A DNA stretch of 47,411 bases from an uncultured bacterium (GTDB lineage: Bacteria > CAYJRR01). A program made the position numbers and the translations under genes. The notes below the pieces were generated by a model. It worked only from the letters and a program-made list of their open reading frames with translations. It was not told the origin of the DNA and searched no databases. How positions within the stretch are numbered: the stretch's first letter is position 1; the number at the start of each line of letters is the position of its first letter. The stretch lies in the NCBI GenBank assembly GCA_964372275.1, contig CAYJRR010000018.1, forward strand, positions 1 to 47,411. The letters run 5' to 3'. Below are positions 30,633 to 39,546 of the stretch, one piece after another.

Positions 30633-31579
30633 TTCCCGGCGAGCCGGACGATGTCCTTGATCTCGACCGCGGGGCAGTTCACGTTCTGGGCGACCGCGCC
30701 GTCGTCGCCGAAGTACTCCACGACCTTCACCGTGCCGACGCGGGTCGTCGTCTCGCCCATCGACCGGCCGGTGGTGGGGGAGATGATCTCCTTTCCCGGC
30801 CGCATCACCTCCAGCTCGCTCCCCAGCGGCAGACCGGTGGCGCGCCCGGCGTCGATGTAGATCCGCCCGGCATCGACCTGGGCCACCCTCGCGCTCCACG
30901 GAACCGTGCCCATCCGATCGACGATGTTCTTCGTGAACTTGAAGATCGCCGCTCGCAACGCCTCGCCGGCGAGGGTCGAGTCGTAGCTCGTCCGCCCGCC
31001 GAGCCCCATGCTCCCGGTGATCGTCGTCTCGGCGCGTCCCCGCCCGCTGTCGGCGACGAGGACCTCCCCCGTCGACACGTCGACGATCCGGACGTCGACC
31101 GTCGCGTCGGCGACCTGTGTCCGCCGCTGGTAGACGATGGTGTCCATCCCTTCCTCTTTCTGGCCGAAGTCGGTGATGCTGCCGGTCACGATCGCCTGGA
31201 CCCCGAGCATGCGACCGACCTTCGCGGCGGTCGCCGGTTCCGCCATCTCCGATCCGGTGAATCGCTGCTCGTCGAGGATCTTCTGCACCTTCTCCCGCTC
31301 GAGCAGGATGAACTGGCCGGTCTTCTGGAGCTCGGTGATCAGGATGTCGGTCGCCGAATCTCCGAGCTCGCGCCGCCCGGTCGCGGTGCGGTTGACGAAG
31401 TCGACGACCGCGATCCGCCGCTTCGGGCCGCGGTACGTCTCCACCGTGCTGGGCGCGGCCTCGCGTCCTCGCATGTAGGCCGGCTCGCCGCGTGTAGCGA
31501 CCGAGCTGTGCACGGAGCACGCGGCGAGGCCAAAGATCGAGAACGGAACGACGAGCAGGCGTTTCACGTGATACCTCAC
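30629..31579 (-). CDS. CsgG/HfaB-family lipoprotein
   Basis: LAAC lipobox; RIAVVDF, FILLERE, GSITDFG, VDVRIVDVSTGEV; C-terminal FlgT-like domain (IYIDAG). Confidence 0.85.
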   Translation of the reverse strand: MRYHVKRLLVVPFSIFGLAACSVHSSVATRGEPAYMRGREAAPSTVETYRGPKRRIAVVDFVNRTATGRRELGDSATDILITELQKTGQFILLEREKVQKILDEQRFTGSEMAEPATAAKVGRMLGVQAIVTGSITDFGQKEEGMDTIVYQRRTQVADATVDVRIVDVSTGEVLVADSGRGRAETTITGSMGLGGRTSYDSTLAGEALRAAIFKFTKNIVDRMGTVPWSARVAQVDAGRIYIDAGRATGLPLGSELEVMRPGKEIISPTTGRSMGETTTRVGTVKVVEYFGDDGAVAQNVNCPAVEIKDIVRLAGN

Positions 31580-32376
31580 GGGGTGGAAGAAACGTTTGGA
31601 AGGTCGGCGGTGACGGCGTCTTTGGGGACGATGGCGCGAGCGCGGGTCGCGTCGGAGCCACCGATCGCCGTCAGCCCTTCATAGGCCGGCGTGACGTCGA
31701 CCGCCGAGGCGAGCTCCGCCAATGTCACGGCGCCGAGCGGCGGATTCTCGGGCGGACCCGGAGGCGGCATCGCGCCGCAAAGCGAGAACGCCAGCATCTC
31801 GCTCTCCTGACGCAGCTCGTGCTGCGCCGCCCCTGCGAGCAGGCCCACGGCACCGAAAAACAGGCAGCCGGCCGCGCCGGTCCTGCTGTCGGCGGCCGCC
31901 CCGGCCATGTTGTCCATGCGCTGCACCCGGTCGCGGCGGTACCACAGCACCTTTCCGGAGCGCAGGTCGGTCATCGCCACCTCCGCCTCGGCGGTGCGAA
32001 CGTTGACCAGGCCGGTGATCACCCCCGAATAGGTCAGGATCCGGCCCGAGAGAACCGCGTCGACGTCGAGCGCGGACTTGAGCTCGGCGATCGACGCGGT
32101 CGGCACCTGCCCTCCCAGCGTCAGGCCGATCTCGCGCAGCGGCCCGTCGGTGGCGGCGATCGACTGGACCTCGTAGCCCCGGGCCGCCGCGGCGCGCTGC
32201 AGGTTCGCCTGCAGGATCCGCGGGGCGTCGATCGCGACGGTGTCGTTCGCGAGCGGCAGGACGGCGACCGTTCGGGGCGCGCCCGGGATTCCCGGCGGGA
32301 GGCCGGCGACCTTCGGTCCGCAGCCTGCGGCGAAAAGGCCCGCGACGGCGAAGGCGATCGGGCGTACGGGGCGCAT
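31576..32376 (-). CDS. DUF799/GNA1162-like lipoprotein
   Basis: AAGC lipobox; VAVLPLAN, RGYEV, VDAVLSGRI, DLRSGKVLW; coupled to the CsgG gene; TTGACG-N18-TACGAT upstream. Confidence 0.7.
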   Translation of the reverse strand: MRPVRPIAFAVAGLFAAGCGPKVAGLPPGIPGAPRTVAVLPLANDTVAIDAPRILQANLQRAAAARGYEVQSIAATDGPLREIGLTLGGQVPTASIAELKSALDVDAVLSGRILTYSGVITGLVNVRTAEAEVAMTDLRSGKVLWYRRDRVQRMDNMAGAAADSRTGAAGCLFFGAVGLLAGAAQHELRQESEMLAFSLCGAMPPPGPPENPPLGAVTLAELASAVDVTPAYEGLTAIGGSDATRARAIVPKDAVTADLPNVSSTP

Positions 32377-32501
32377 CGACGCCACCCGATCGTACGGGGA
32401 TCCCGGAAAGCCCGTCAATTTCGCCCTCTCGAGTGTGCTAGCGTTCGTGCCCGAACCGTTCGACGGAGCCTTCCCCCCGAATCTTCGATCCTGGAGGAAC
32501 C

Positions 32502-33686
32502 ATGAAGAACGAGATCGTCTTCCTGTCCGGGAAACGCACTCCGTTCGGCGCCTTCGGTGGCTCCCTGAAGGAGTTCAGCGCCACCGACCTCGCCGTCGTG
32601 GCGTCGAAGGCGGCGTTGACCCAGGCGTCGATCCGTCCGGAGGAGGTCGACCACGCCGTCTTCGGGAACGCCCTGCAGACCACCGCCGACGCGATCTACC
32701 TGGCGCGCCACGTCGCGCTCAAGAGCGGCGTGCCGAAAGAGGTCCCGGCGCTGACGTTGAACCGGCTTTGCGGTTCCGGATTCCAGTCGCTCGTGACCGC
32801 GGCGCAGATGCTCCAGTTGGGCGAAGCGGAGATCGTGCTCGCGGGCGGCGCGGAGAGCATGAGCCAGGCCCCCCACACCGTGCGGGGCGCGCGCTGGGGG
32901 ATCCCGCTCGGCAAGTCGGCGATGGGGGACCTGCTCTGGGACGCGTTGCTCGATCCCTACGTCGACATGCCGATGGCGCTCACCGCCGAAAAGCTCGGCG
33001 AGAAGTACGGCATCACCCGCGCCGCCGCCGACGAGCTCGCGGCGCGGTCGCAGTCGGCGTGGAAGGCCGCGGCCGACGCCGGTCGCTTCGCCGACGAGAT
33101 CGCGCCGGTGGAGGTGAGGGACCGGAAGGGAAACGTCGCGTCGTTCGCCGTCGACGAGCATCCTCGCCCGCAGACGACGGTCGAAGGTCTGGCGAAGCTC
33201 CCCCCCTACTTCAAGAAGGACGGAATCGTCACCGCCGGCAACGCCTCGGGGATCTCCGACGGCGCGGCGGCGATGGTCCTCACCACCGCCGAGATCGCGA
33301 ACCGCCGCGGAGCGAAGCCGCTGGGGAAGCTGCTCGGATGGGGGATCGTCGGCTGCGACCCCTCGATCATGGGGATCGGGCCCGCGCCGGCGATCCGTCG
33401 TGCGCTGGAGCGGACGGGATTGAGCCTCTCGCAGATCGACCTCGTCGAGGTGAACGAAGCGTTCGCGCCCCAGTACCTCGCGGTGGAGAAGGAGCTGGGC
33501 CTCGATCGCGCGCGCACCAACGTCAATGGCGGCGCGATCGCCCTCGGCCATCCGCTCGCCGCCTCCGGCACCCGCATCACCTCGACGCTCCTCTACGAGC
33601 TCAAGCGTCGCGGGAAACGCCTCGGCATCGGTTCGGCCTGCATCGGCGGAGGCCAGGGGATCGCCGTCGTCGTCGAAGCCAGCTGA
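32502..33686 (+). CDS. Acetyl-CoA C-acyltransferase (thiolase)
   Basis: RTPFG, NRLCGSG, NEAF, GHPLAASG, CIGGGQG; SD GGAGG. Confidence 0.96.
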   Translation: MKNEIVFLSGKRTPFGAFGGSLKEFSATDLAVVASKAALTQASIRPEEVDHAVFGNALQTTADAIYLARHVALKSGVPKEVPALTLNRLCGSGFQSLVTAAQMLQLGEAEIVLAGGAESMSQAPHTVRGARWGIPLGKSAMGDLLWDALLDPYVDMPMALTAEKLGEKYGITRAAADELAARSQSAWKAAADAGRFADEIAPVEVRDRKGNVASFAVDEHPRPQTTVEGLAKLPPYFKKDGIVTAGNASGISDGAAAMVLTTAEIANRRGAKPLGKLLGWGIVGCDPSIMGIGPAPAIRRALERTGLSLSQIDLVEVNEAFAPQYLAVEKELGLDRARTNVNGGAIALGHPLAASGTRITSTLLYELKRRGKRLGIGSACIGGGQGIAVVVEAS

Positions 33687-33743
33687 CAGGGTGACAATTC
33701 GCTTTACGTCGACGCCGGAGCGCAGGCGAACGAATTCGCGGCG

Positions 33744-34841
33744 TTGAAGCGCCGCACGGGACCTGCAGGCGAACCGGGCGTGCGCCCACTCCTCCTCGCC
33801 GTCGAATTGGTCTCCGTCCCTCTCCTCTCCGGCGACACCCGCTCGGCGACCCCCGATCACAAGCGAGTCCGACAGGACACCCCGGTCGATCTCGTCGTCG
33901 CCGTGGTGGCGGAGGACCACGGTGAGAGGCTCCTCCTTGCCGGGGCCGAGCGCGTCGATCTCGGCGACGGACTTGGACTCCGGGCGGCGCGTCCCTGGCC
34001 TGCCTCCGAGCCGATCGCGATCGACTGGTTCAAGATCGAGCCGACGGTCGGCTGGGTGGACAACGAGGCCGGCGGCTTCCACTGGGCGAACATCCCCTAC
34101 GCCGAGACCCCCTGGCCTTCGGATCGGTCCGCCCGTCGGTCTTCCTCGGAAGACCCGGCCCCCTGGTTGCGGCTCGCGCGTCGCGCCGACGTGCAGACGA
34201 CGATCCTGCCCGATCGCGGCGGACTCGGAACGATGGCGTTCAAAGTGAGGGTGACCGCCGGCGGTCGGTCGCGTTCGACCCCCGGCGCGGAGTCGCGCTT
34301 TCGCGGCGGCCTCTCGCCGAGCGTCGCGCGGGTGACCGTTCGGCGCGACGACGACTTTCTCGGCTACCTCACCGAGCTCTACAACACGCCGTACGTCTGG
34401 GCCAGCGCCGGAAGCGACGATACGCACCAGGCGGAACGAAACGTCGGAAGCGACTGTGCCGACTTCATCGCCTACGGCCTTCGCCGCGCCGGCCGGGCGA
34501 TCTCGTACGGATCGACCTTCGACGTTCCACGCTGGGGCGGCGGCCGTCCGATCGCGCGCATCGCGGCGATCGATCGCGACGGGCGATTCCTCGACGACCG
34601 TGGCGGTCTCGTACGCGTCGGTCGCGACGGCGTTCAGCCGGGCGATCTGCTGCTGTTCCATCGGCACGTCGGCGCCTTCTCCGAGGACCGTCCCCCGCGC
34701 GGGGTGCTCGACGGCGGCGACCTGCTGATGCACACGGCGTGGGCGCCACCGGTCGAGGAGACGCTCTTCGAATCGCGTCGCTTCACCGCTCCGCCGTTCA
34801 CCGTTTGGCGCGTTCCGGAATCACCCAACTATTCGAAATAA
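33744..34841 (+). CDS. Hypothetical protein with C-terminal NlpC/P60-like (papain-fold) domain
   Basis: TPYVWAS...GSDCADF...PGDLLLFHRHVG. Confidence 0.6.
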   Translation: MKRRTGPAGEPGVRPLLLAVELVSVPLLSGDTRSATPDHKRVRQDTPVDLVVAVVAEDHGERLLLAGAERVDLGDGLGLRAARPWPASEPIAIDWFKIEPTVGWVDNEAGGFHWANIPYAETPWPSDRSARRSSSEDPAPWLRLARRADVQTTILPDRGGLGTMAFKVRVTAGGRSRSTPGAESRFRGGLSPSVARVTVRRDDDFLGYLTELYNTPYVWASAGSDDTHQAERNVGSDCADFIAYGLRRAGRAISYGSTFDVPRWGGGRPIARIAAIDRDGRFLDDRGGLVRVGRDGVQPGDLLLFHRHVGAFSEDRPPRGVLDGGDLLMHTAWAPPVEETLFESRRFTAPPFTVWRVPESPNYSK

Positions 34842-34962
34842 AAATAGAATTTCTACCTTGCGCGCGGTCCCCCCGGTCCGATCGCCGGGGCCTTGCATTC
34901 CGATCGAGGATTCCCTACAACCGCCTGCGTTCTCGATATTCCAGGCGCGGAGGGTTCCTAGG

Positions 34963-35277
34963 ATGGCCAAGAAGAAGAAGAAGGCCGCGAAGAGATCGGC
35001 GGCGAAGAAGAAGCCGGCCAAGCGCGGCGCGAAGGGGAAGCGCGGAGCGGCTCGCAAGGCGGCTCCGAAGCGCGGCGCCAAGCGAGCGGCGGCGAAGAAG
35101 AAGGCGCCGGCGCGCAAGGCGCCGGCCCGCAAGAAGGCGGCCGCGAAGCCCGCGGCCCCCAAGCCGACGCCCGCACCGGCGTGGTCGACGCAGGCCGAGG
35201 CACCCGCCGCGGCGGCAGCCGGCTCGCCCGGCTTCTCCTGGAGCAGCGGCGCGGCCGCCTCCAGCGAAGAGGAGTAG
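34963..35277 (+). CDS. Histone H1-like Lys/Ala-rich basic protein
   Basis: MAKKKKKAAKRSAAKKK..., KAPAR repeats, acidic EEE end; TTGCAT-N17-TACAAC and GGAGG upstream. Confidence 0.8.
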   Translation: MAKKKKKAAKRSAAKKKPAKRGAKGKRGAARKAAPKRGAKRAAAKKKAPARKAPARKKAAAKPAAPKPTPAPAWSTQAEAPAAAAAGSPGFSWSSGAAASSEEE

Positions 35278-35290
35278 GCGCTCGGACATG

Positions 35291-35331
35291 CGAAGGGCCT
35301 CGGAAGCGAGTTCCGAGGCCCTTCGTGTTTT
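35291..35331 (+). terminator. Intrinsic terminator
   Basis: Perfect 15-bp stem cgaagggcctcggaa/ttccgaggcccttcg followed by tgtttt. Confidence 0.85.
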
Positions 35332-35341
35332 CCGAAATCAA

Positions 35342-35532
35342 TGTCGGGTCATCGCGCTCGCCGTGTGGAGGACCGGGTCGAAGCCTCCCTTGATGGAAGG
35401 TGGGCTTCGTAAGGCTGCTTCAGGCTTCCCTGTCAGAAGGGCATGCACACCGCAGCCGGAGTACAAATCCCGGGATCCGAAGTAGGAGCTCGACCGTCGT
35501 CCCCCATCACGCACGAGGTAGAAGACCCGACA
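35342..35532 (-). ncRNA. ssrS: 6S RNA
   Basis: Terminal stem tgtcgggtc/gacccgaca; core ggtgtgcatgccc...gggaagcctgaa...cacctt resembles the conserved 6S core; ~190 nt. Confidence 0.85.
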
Positions 35533-35538
35533 AGGGAC

Positions 35539-35567
35539 AGGCTACCGCGGCCACGCCCCCCTCGCAA
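35539..35567 (-). promoter_or_regulatory. sigma70 promoter of 6S RNA
   Basis: TTGCGA-N17-TAGCCT, 6 nt before the predicted 5' end. Confidence 0.65.
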
Positions 35568-35594
35568 GCGGCGGTCCGACCATCGGGCTTCTTC

Positions 35595-38500
35595 CTAGAA
35601 CGCCTCTTTCATTTCACGGGTGATCTCGCGCACGTAGCGGTCGAGGCCGAGGTCGCGCGCGTAGCTGAGCGCGCGCACGTAGTGTTGGTTGGTCGGCCCG
35701 ACGCGGCGCGCCATCTTGTAGGCGTTCCCCAGCAAGAGCTCGGCCTGCAGCAGTCCCAGCTTGTCGGGCTGGTCCTTCTCCCACCGGGCCACCGCCGATT
35801 CGAGCGTGCGGATCCCCTCCTGCAAGTCGGTGGTGTAGGCGGCGAGCGCCGCGAGGTAGACCGACGCCAGGTTGTACAGCGCGCTCAGTCCGAAACGCTG
35901 CGCCAGCGTCTGTCCCTCGACGAGCAACGCCTGCGCCGGCGCGTACTGCCGCGCCTTGAGATGGGCCTTGGCGAGCAGACACAGCAGGCGGATCGTGCCA
36001 TCGACATCCCCCGTCTCCCGGGCGAGCTCCAACGCCTCGCGCAACAGGTTCTTCGCCTCCTCGAGCTCGCCTTCGTCGACCTGCATCGAGCCGAGCGATT
36101 CGTAGGTGCGCATCAACGCCCGCTTCTCGCCGATCTTCTTCCAGATCGCGGCGGCCATCCCCCACATCTTGATCGCCGCCGGGTAGTCGCCGAGTCTCTC
36201 CTGGATCATCCCCAGTTCGTCGCGCGCGGCTCCGACGCGACTCGATTCCCGGAGCTCCTCGGCAAGCTCCAGGGCATCGCGACATCGCCGGAGCGCCCGG
36301 TTGGCATCTCCGGCGACGCGCAACTCGATCGCCACCTTCAGCTCCAGGTCGACCAGTTCCCGCTGCCGGCGGAGTTTGAGACCTTCGTCGGCCACCCGCT
36401 CGAGCTCTTCCTGGGCCAACCGGCGCGCGCGCTCGAAGTGCTCGGCGGCGACCTCCCGGCGGCCGCGCCGCACCGCCTCTTCGCCGAGCGCCTGTTCGAC
36501 GTCGATCAGCATCGACGGCTCGTCCGCCGCCTCGGCGGCCGCCCGGGCGCGGTCGATCGCCACCCGTGCGCGGTCGAGCTCCCCGGCGTTGCTCAACAGC
36601 TCCGCGTGGCGGAGGTGGGCCCGCCCGCGAAGCGCCGGCGGCGCGTCGGCGAGCAGGGTACACGCCTGTTCGGAGGCGGCGAGAAGCGCGCCCCCCGCCC
36701 CTTCGACCAGAAGCGACTGCGCCGCGCGCTCGAGCGCCTCGAGCGCGAGGATCCGTTCGCCGGCGGCGAGGTAGTGCCCGAACTGGGATGGCGCGTGGTC
36801 GAGGCGCGCCAGATCGGGAAGGTCGGCGATCGCCTGGGCGATTCGGCGACGGATGGCGGCCGACTCCTCCTTCGGCAACGACGGGGCCGCGGCATCGCGG
36901 AACGCCCGGTGGGTGAAACGCCACGTCCGCGCCGTCTCGCGAAGCGACCCTTCTTCCGGCTGAACGATCCCCGCTTGCGCCAGCGGATCGAGCGAGGATT
37001 CGATTTCGTTGCCGGCCGCCGCGGCGAGAATCGACGCGTCGAAACGCTCCCCGATGACCGCCGCGATCGACGCCACGCGCATCGCCCCCTCGGGAAGCTT
37101 GGCCAGGACGTCGGCGGCCAGCATCGCCGTCGTCGCCGGCACGTAGAGCGCGTCGGGCGCGCCGTCGAACAGAACCCTCCCCTTCTTCACCTTGAGTGCG
37201 CCCGTGCCGAGCAGGAAGCGGATCACCTCCCGCACCCGGAACGGATTGCCCGCCGACTTCGACTGGATCAACGCCGCGATCGGCCCCGCCAGCTCCTCCA
37301 CCTCGAGGACCTCGCAGGCGAGCTTCTCCACCGCCTGGCTCGAAAGCGGCTTGAGCCCGATCCGGTGGAAGCGGCCCGCCGCCGCCGCGCCGCGCACGAA
37401 CGCCCTCTCTTCGTCGGAGACGGTCGCCATCACCAGCACCGGGAACCCGGAAAGACCGGCGGCGAGGTGGTCGAGGACGCCTCGCGAAAGCTCGTCGGCG
37501 ATGTCGAGGTTGTCGACCGCCATGATCATCGGTCGTTCGCGCGCCAGGTTCTGTATGATCTTCTCGATCGCCGCGGTCAACGCGCGCCGCCGTTCCGGCC
37601 CGCGGAACGAATCGATCGAGCTGCCGGTGTAGGCGAGGCCGAACAGGGCCCCGACGAAGTGCTGCTCCGCCGGAGACAGACCGAGTTGCGCCAGCCGCGC
37701 CAGACGCTCGCGCATCACCTCTTCGGTATCGCCGCCGCGGATGCCGACGACCCCTCGCAACAGGTCCCGCACCGTCGAATAGGGCGCGGCGGTCAGCTCG
37801 GGCGCGGCGCGCCCGACGTAGAACGCCACCTCCATCTCGCGCGAGACCTGCATCAGCTCGGCGAGGAGCCGGCTCTTTCCGATCCCGTCCTCGCCGACCA
37901 GGAGCAGGATCTGCCCTTCCCCCTTGGCGACCTTCCCGAGCGTTTCCCGGATTTCGCGCAGCTCCTCCAATCGGCCGACCAGGCGTCCTTCGCTCCCGAT
38001 CGCCGTGCCGGCCGATCCGGCGTCGACCGCTTGGGTGTTCCGCGTCCGCTCGTCTGCGGACCTGGGAACGGCGGCGTGGTGCTCGGGCGTCAACCGCCCT
38101 CCCAGCGACGCCGCCTTCGCCGATTCGGTGCGCTGCTTGCGTTCGAGCGCACGCCCTTCGATCTTGGTCGGTTCGTCCGCCGAGGAGGTGCGCAGGCGGC
38201 GCCGGCGACTGGCGGAATCGCTGACGCCGGTCAACGGTGCCCGGTTCGATTTGGGCTCGCCGATCTCCTCGATGGCGTTCACGAACGCGTCGAAGTCGGT
38301 GGTGCGGTCGATCTCCCCCTCGGAGGGGCCGAGCACCTTCGCCACCCAGGCCGAGAGCTCCGAGCCTCCGACCTTCTCGCCGGAGGAGAAGAGGTACGAC
38401 GTGAGGTCGTCGTAGAGCTCGCTGGCCCACTGGTACCGGCGGGTGACGTCGCGCTCGAGCGCCCGGAAGACGATCGCCTCGAGCGGAGGCGTCACCTCCG

Positions 38501-39248
38501 GATTGATCCGTGAGGGCGGGGTGATCGGTGCGGTTTGCACCCGCTTCAGCGTCTCGATGTCGTTCTTCGCCTTGAACAGGCGCGTACCGGTGAGCGCTTC
38601 GTAGAGCACGATCCCGAGCGAGAAGACGTCGCTTCGCCGGTCGATCGACTCGCCACGCGCCTGTTCCGGGCTCATGTAGGCGAACTTCCCCCGGATGATC
38701 CCGCTGCGCGTGATGTTCACCTTCGACGTGGCCCGGGCGATCCCGAAGTCGGTGATCTTCACCTCCCCGGCGTGGCTGACCAGGACGTTGTGCGGGCTGA
38801 TGTCCCGGTGGACGATCGCCAGGTCCCGCCGCTGCGCGTCCTTCCGGCGGTGCGCGTAGTCCAGCCCCTTGGCCACTTCGCTGGCGATGTAGACCATGAA
38901 GTTGACCGGCACGCCGCGGCGGGTCGTCCGCGCCGTCTCCACCAGCGACTTCAGATCGGTTCCGTCGACGTACTCCATCGCGATGAAGTAGTCGTCGTCC
39001 TGGCTCCCCAGGTCGAAGATCTGGACGATGTTGATGTGCGAAAGGGTGCTCGCGATCTTCGCCTCGTCGATGAACATCTCGACGAACTTCTTGTCGCTCG
39101 CCAGGTTCGGAAGGATCTTCTTGATGACGAGCGTCTTCTCGAACCCGGCGACGCCGTAGCTCTTCGCCCGGTAGACCTCCGCCATCCCCCCGGTCGCGAT
39201 CCGGTCGACCAGGTGGTACTTCCCGAAGATCATCGGTTCAACGGCCAT
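35595..39248 (-). CDS. Ser/Thr protein kinase with AAA/STAND-type ATPase and TPR repeats
   Basis: IATGGMAEVY, HRDISPHN, DFG, YMSPE; Walker A GEDGIGKS, Walker B-like MAVDNLD; C-terminal helical repeats. Confidence 0.92.
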   Translation of the reverse strand: MAVEPMIFGKYHLVDRIATGGMAEVYRAKSYGVAGFEKTLVIKKILPNLASDKKFVEMFIDEAKIASTLSHINIVQIFDLGSQDDDYFIAMEYVDGTDLKSLVETARTTRRGVPVNFMVYIASEVAKGLDYAHRRKDAQRRDLAIVHRDISPHNVLVSHAGEVKITDFGIARATSKVNITRSGIIRGKFAYMSPEQARGESIDRRSDVFSLGIVLYEALTGTRLFKAKNDIETLKRVQTAPITPPSRINPEVTPPLEAIVFRALERDVTRRYQWASELYDDLTSYLFSSGEKVGGSELSAWVAKVLGPSEGEIDRTTDFDAFVNAIEEIGEPKSNRAPLTGVSDSASRRRRLRTSSADEPTKIEGRALERKQRTESAKAASLGGRLTPEHHAAVPRSADERTRNTQAVDAGSAGTAIGSEGRLVGRLEELREIRETLGKVAKGEGQILLLVGEDGIGKSRLLAELMQVSREMEVAFYVGRAAPELTAAPYSTVRDLLRGVVGIRGGDTEEVMRERLARLAQLGLSPAEQHFVGALFGLAYTGSSIDSFRGPERRRALTAAIEKIIQNLARERPMIMAVDNLDIADELSRGVLDHLAAGLSGFPVLVMATVSDEERAFVRGAAAAGRFHRIGLKPLSSQAVEKLACEVLEVEELAGPIAALIQSKSAGNPFRVREVIRFLLGTGALKVKKGRVLFDGAPDALYVPATTAMLAADVLAKLPEGAMRVASIAAVIGERFDASILAAAAGNEIESSLDPLAQAGIVQPEEGSLRETARTWRFTHRAFRDAAAPSLPKEESAAIRRRIAQAIADLPDLARLDHAPSQFGHYLAAGERILALEALERAAQSLLVEGAGGALLAASEQACTLLADAPPALRGRAHLRHAELLSNAGELDRARVAIDRARAAAEAADEPSMLIDVEQALGEEAVRRGRREVAAEHFERARRLAQEELERVADEGLKLRRQRELVDLELKVAIELRVAGDANRALRRCRDALELAEELRESSRVGAARDELGMIQERLGDYPAAIKMWGMAAAIWKKIGEKRALMRTYESLGSMQVDEGELEEAKNLLREALELARETGDVDGTIRLLCLLAKAHLKARQYAPAQALLVEGQTLAQRFGLSALYNLASVYLAALAAYTTDLQEGIRTLESAVARWEKDQPDKLGLLQAELLLGNAYKMARRVGPTNQHYVRALSYARDLGLDRYVREITREMKEAF

Positions 39249-39429
39249 GCGGATCGCGATCGACGATGGCCGTCACGTTCGTCGTTGTATCCGCCGCGCC
39301 CGCCACGGTCAAGGAAGCCACCCCCCGTGGGTCCCGCCCCCTCCAGGACCGCAGAGAAAAAGTCGCGGAACCGCATCCTAAACGAGACATCTTGGCGCGA
39401 ATGCGACAGCCAGCCGAGTACAGATTCCG

Positions 39430-39517
39430 TATTACTTTTTTATATTAATTACTTACTCAATTCGACCCGGCGTGCGAAAGACGACCAACTGGACCCGTTC
39501 GGGGCACGCAGATTGCT
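39430..39517 (+). promoter_or_regulatory. IHF-like AT tract plus sigma54-type promoter
   Basis: TATTAATTACTTA (39443-39455, one mismatch to WATCAANNNNTTR) and GGGCACGCAGATTGCT (39502-39517, GG-N10-GC). Confidence 0.65.
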
Positions 39518-39546
39518 CATTATCCCCTTCGTCTGGGGGATCGCCG

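Noticed and set aside
34963..35170. Tandem DNA repeat element
   Set aside because: Explained by the Lys/Ala-rich coding sequence of the histone-like protein
35400..38513. 1037-aa antisense ORF (also 6990-9233, 13914-15641, 32415-34733)
   Set aside because: Antisense mirrors of real genes with no recognisable motifs
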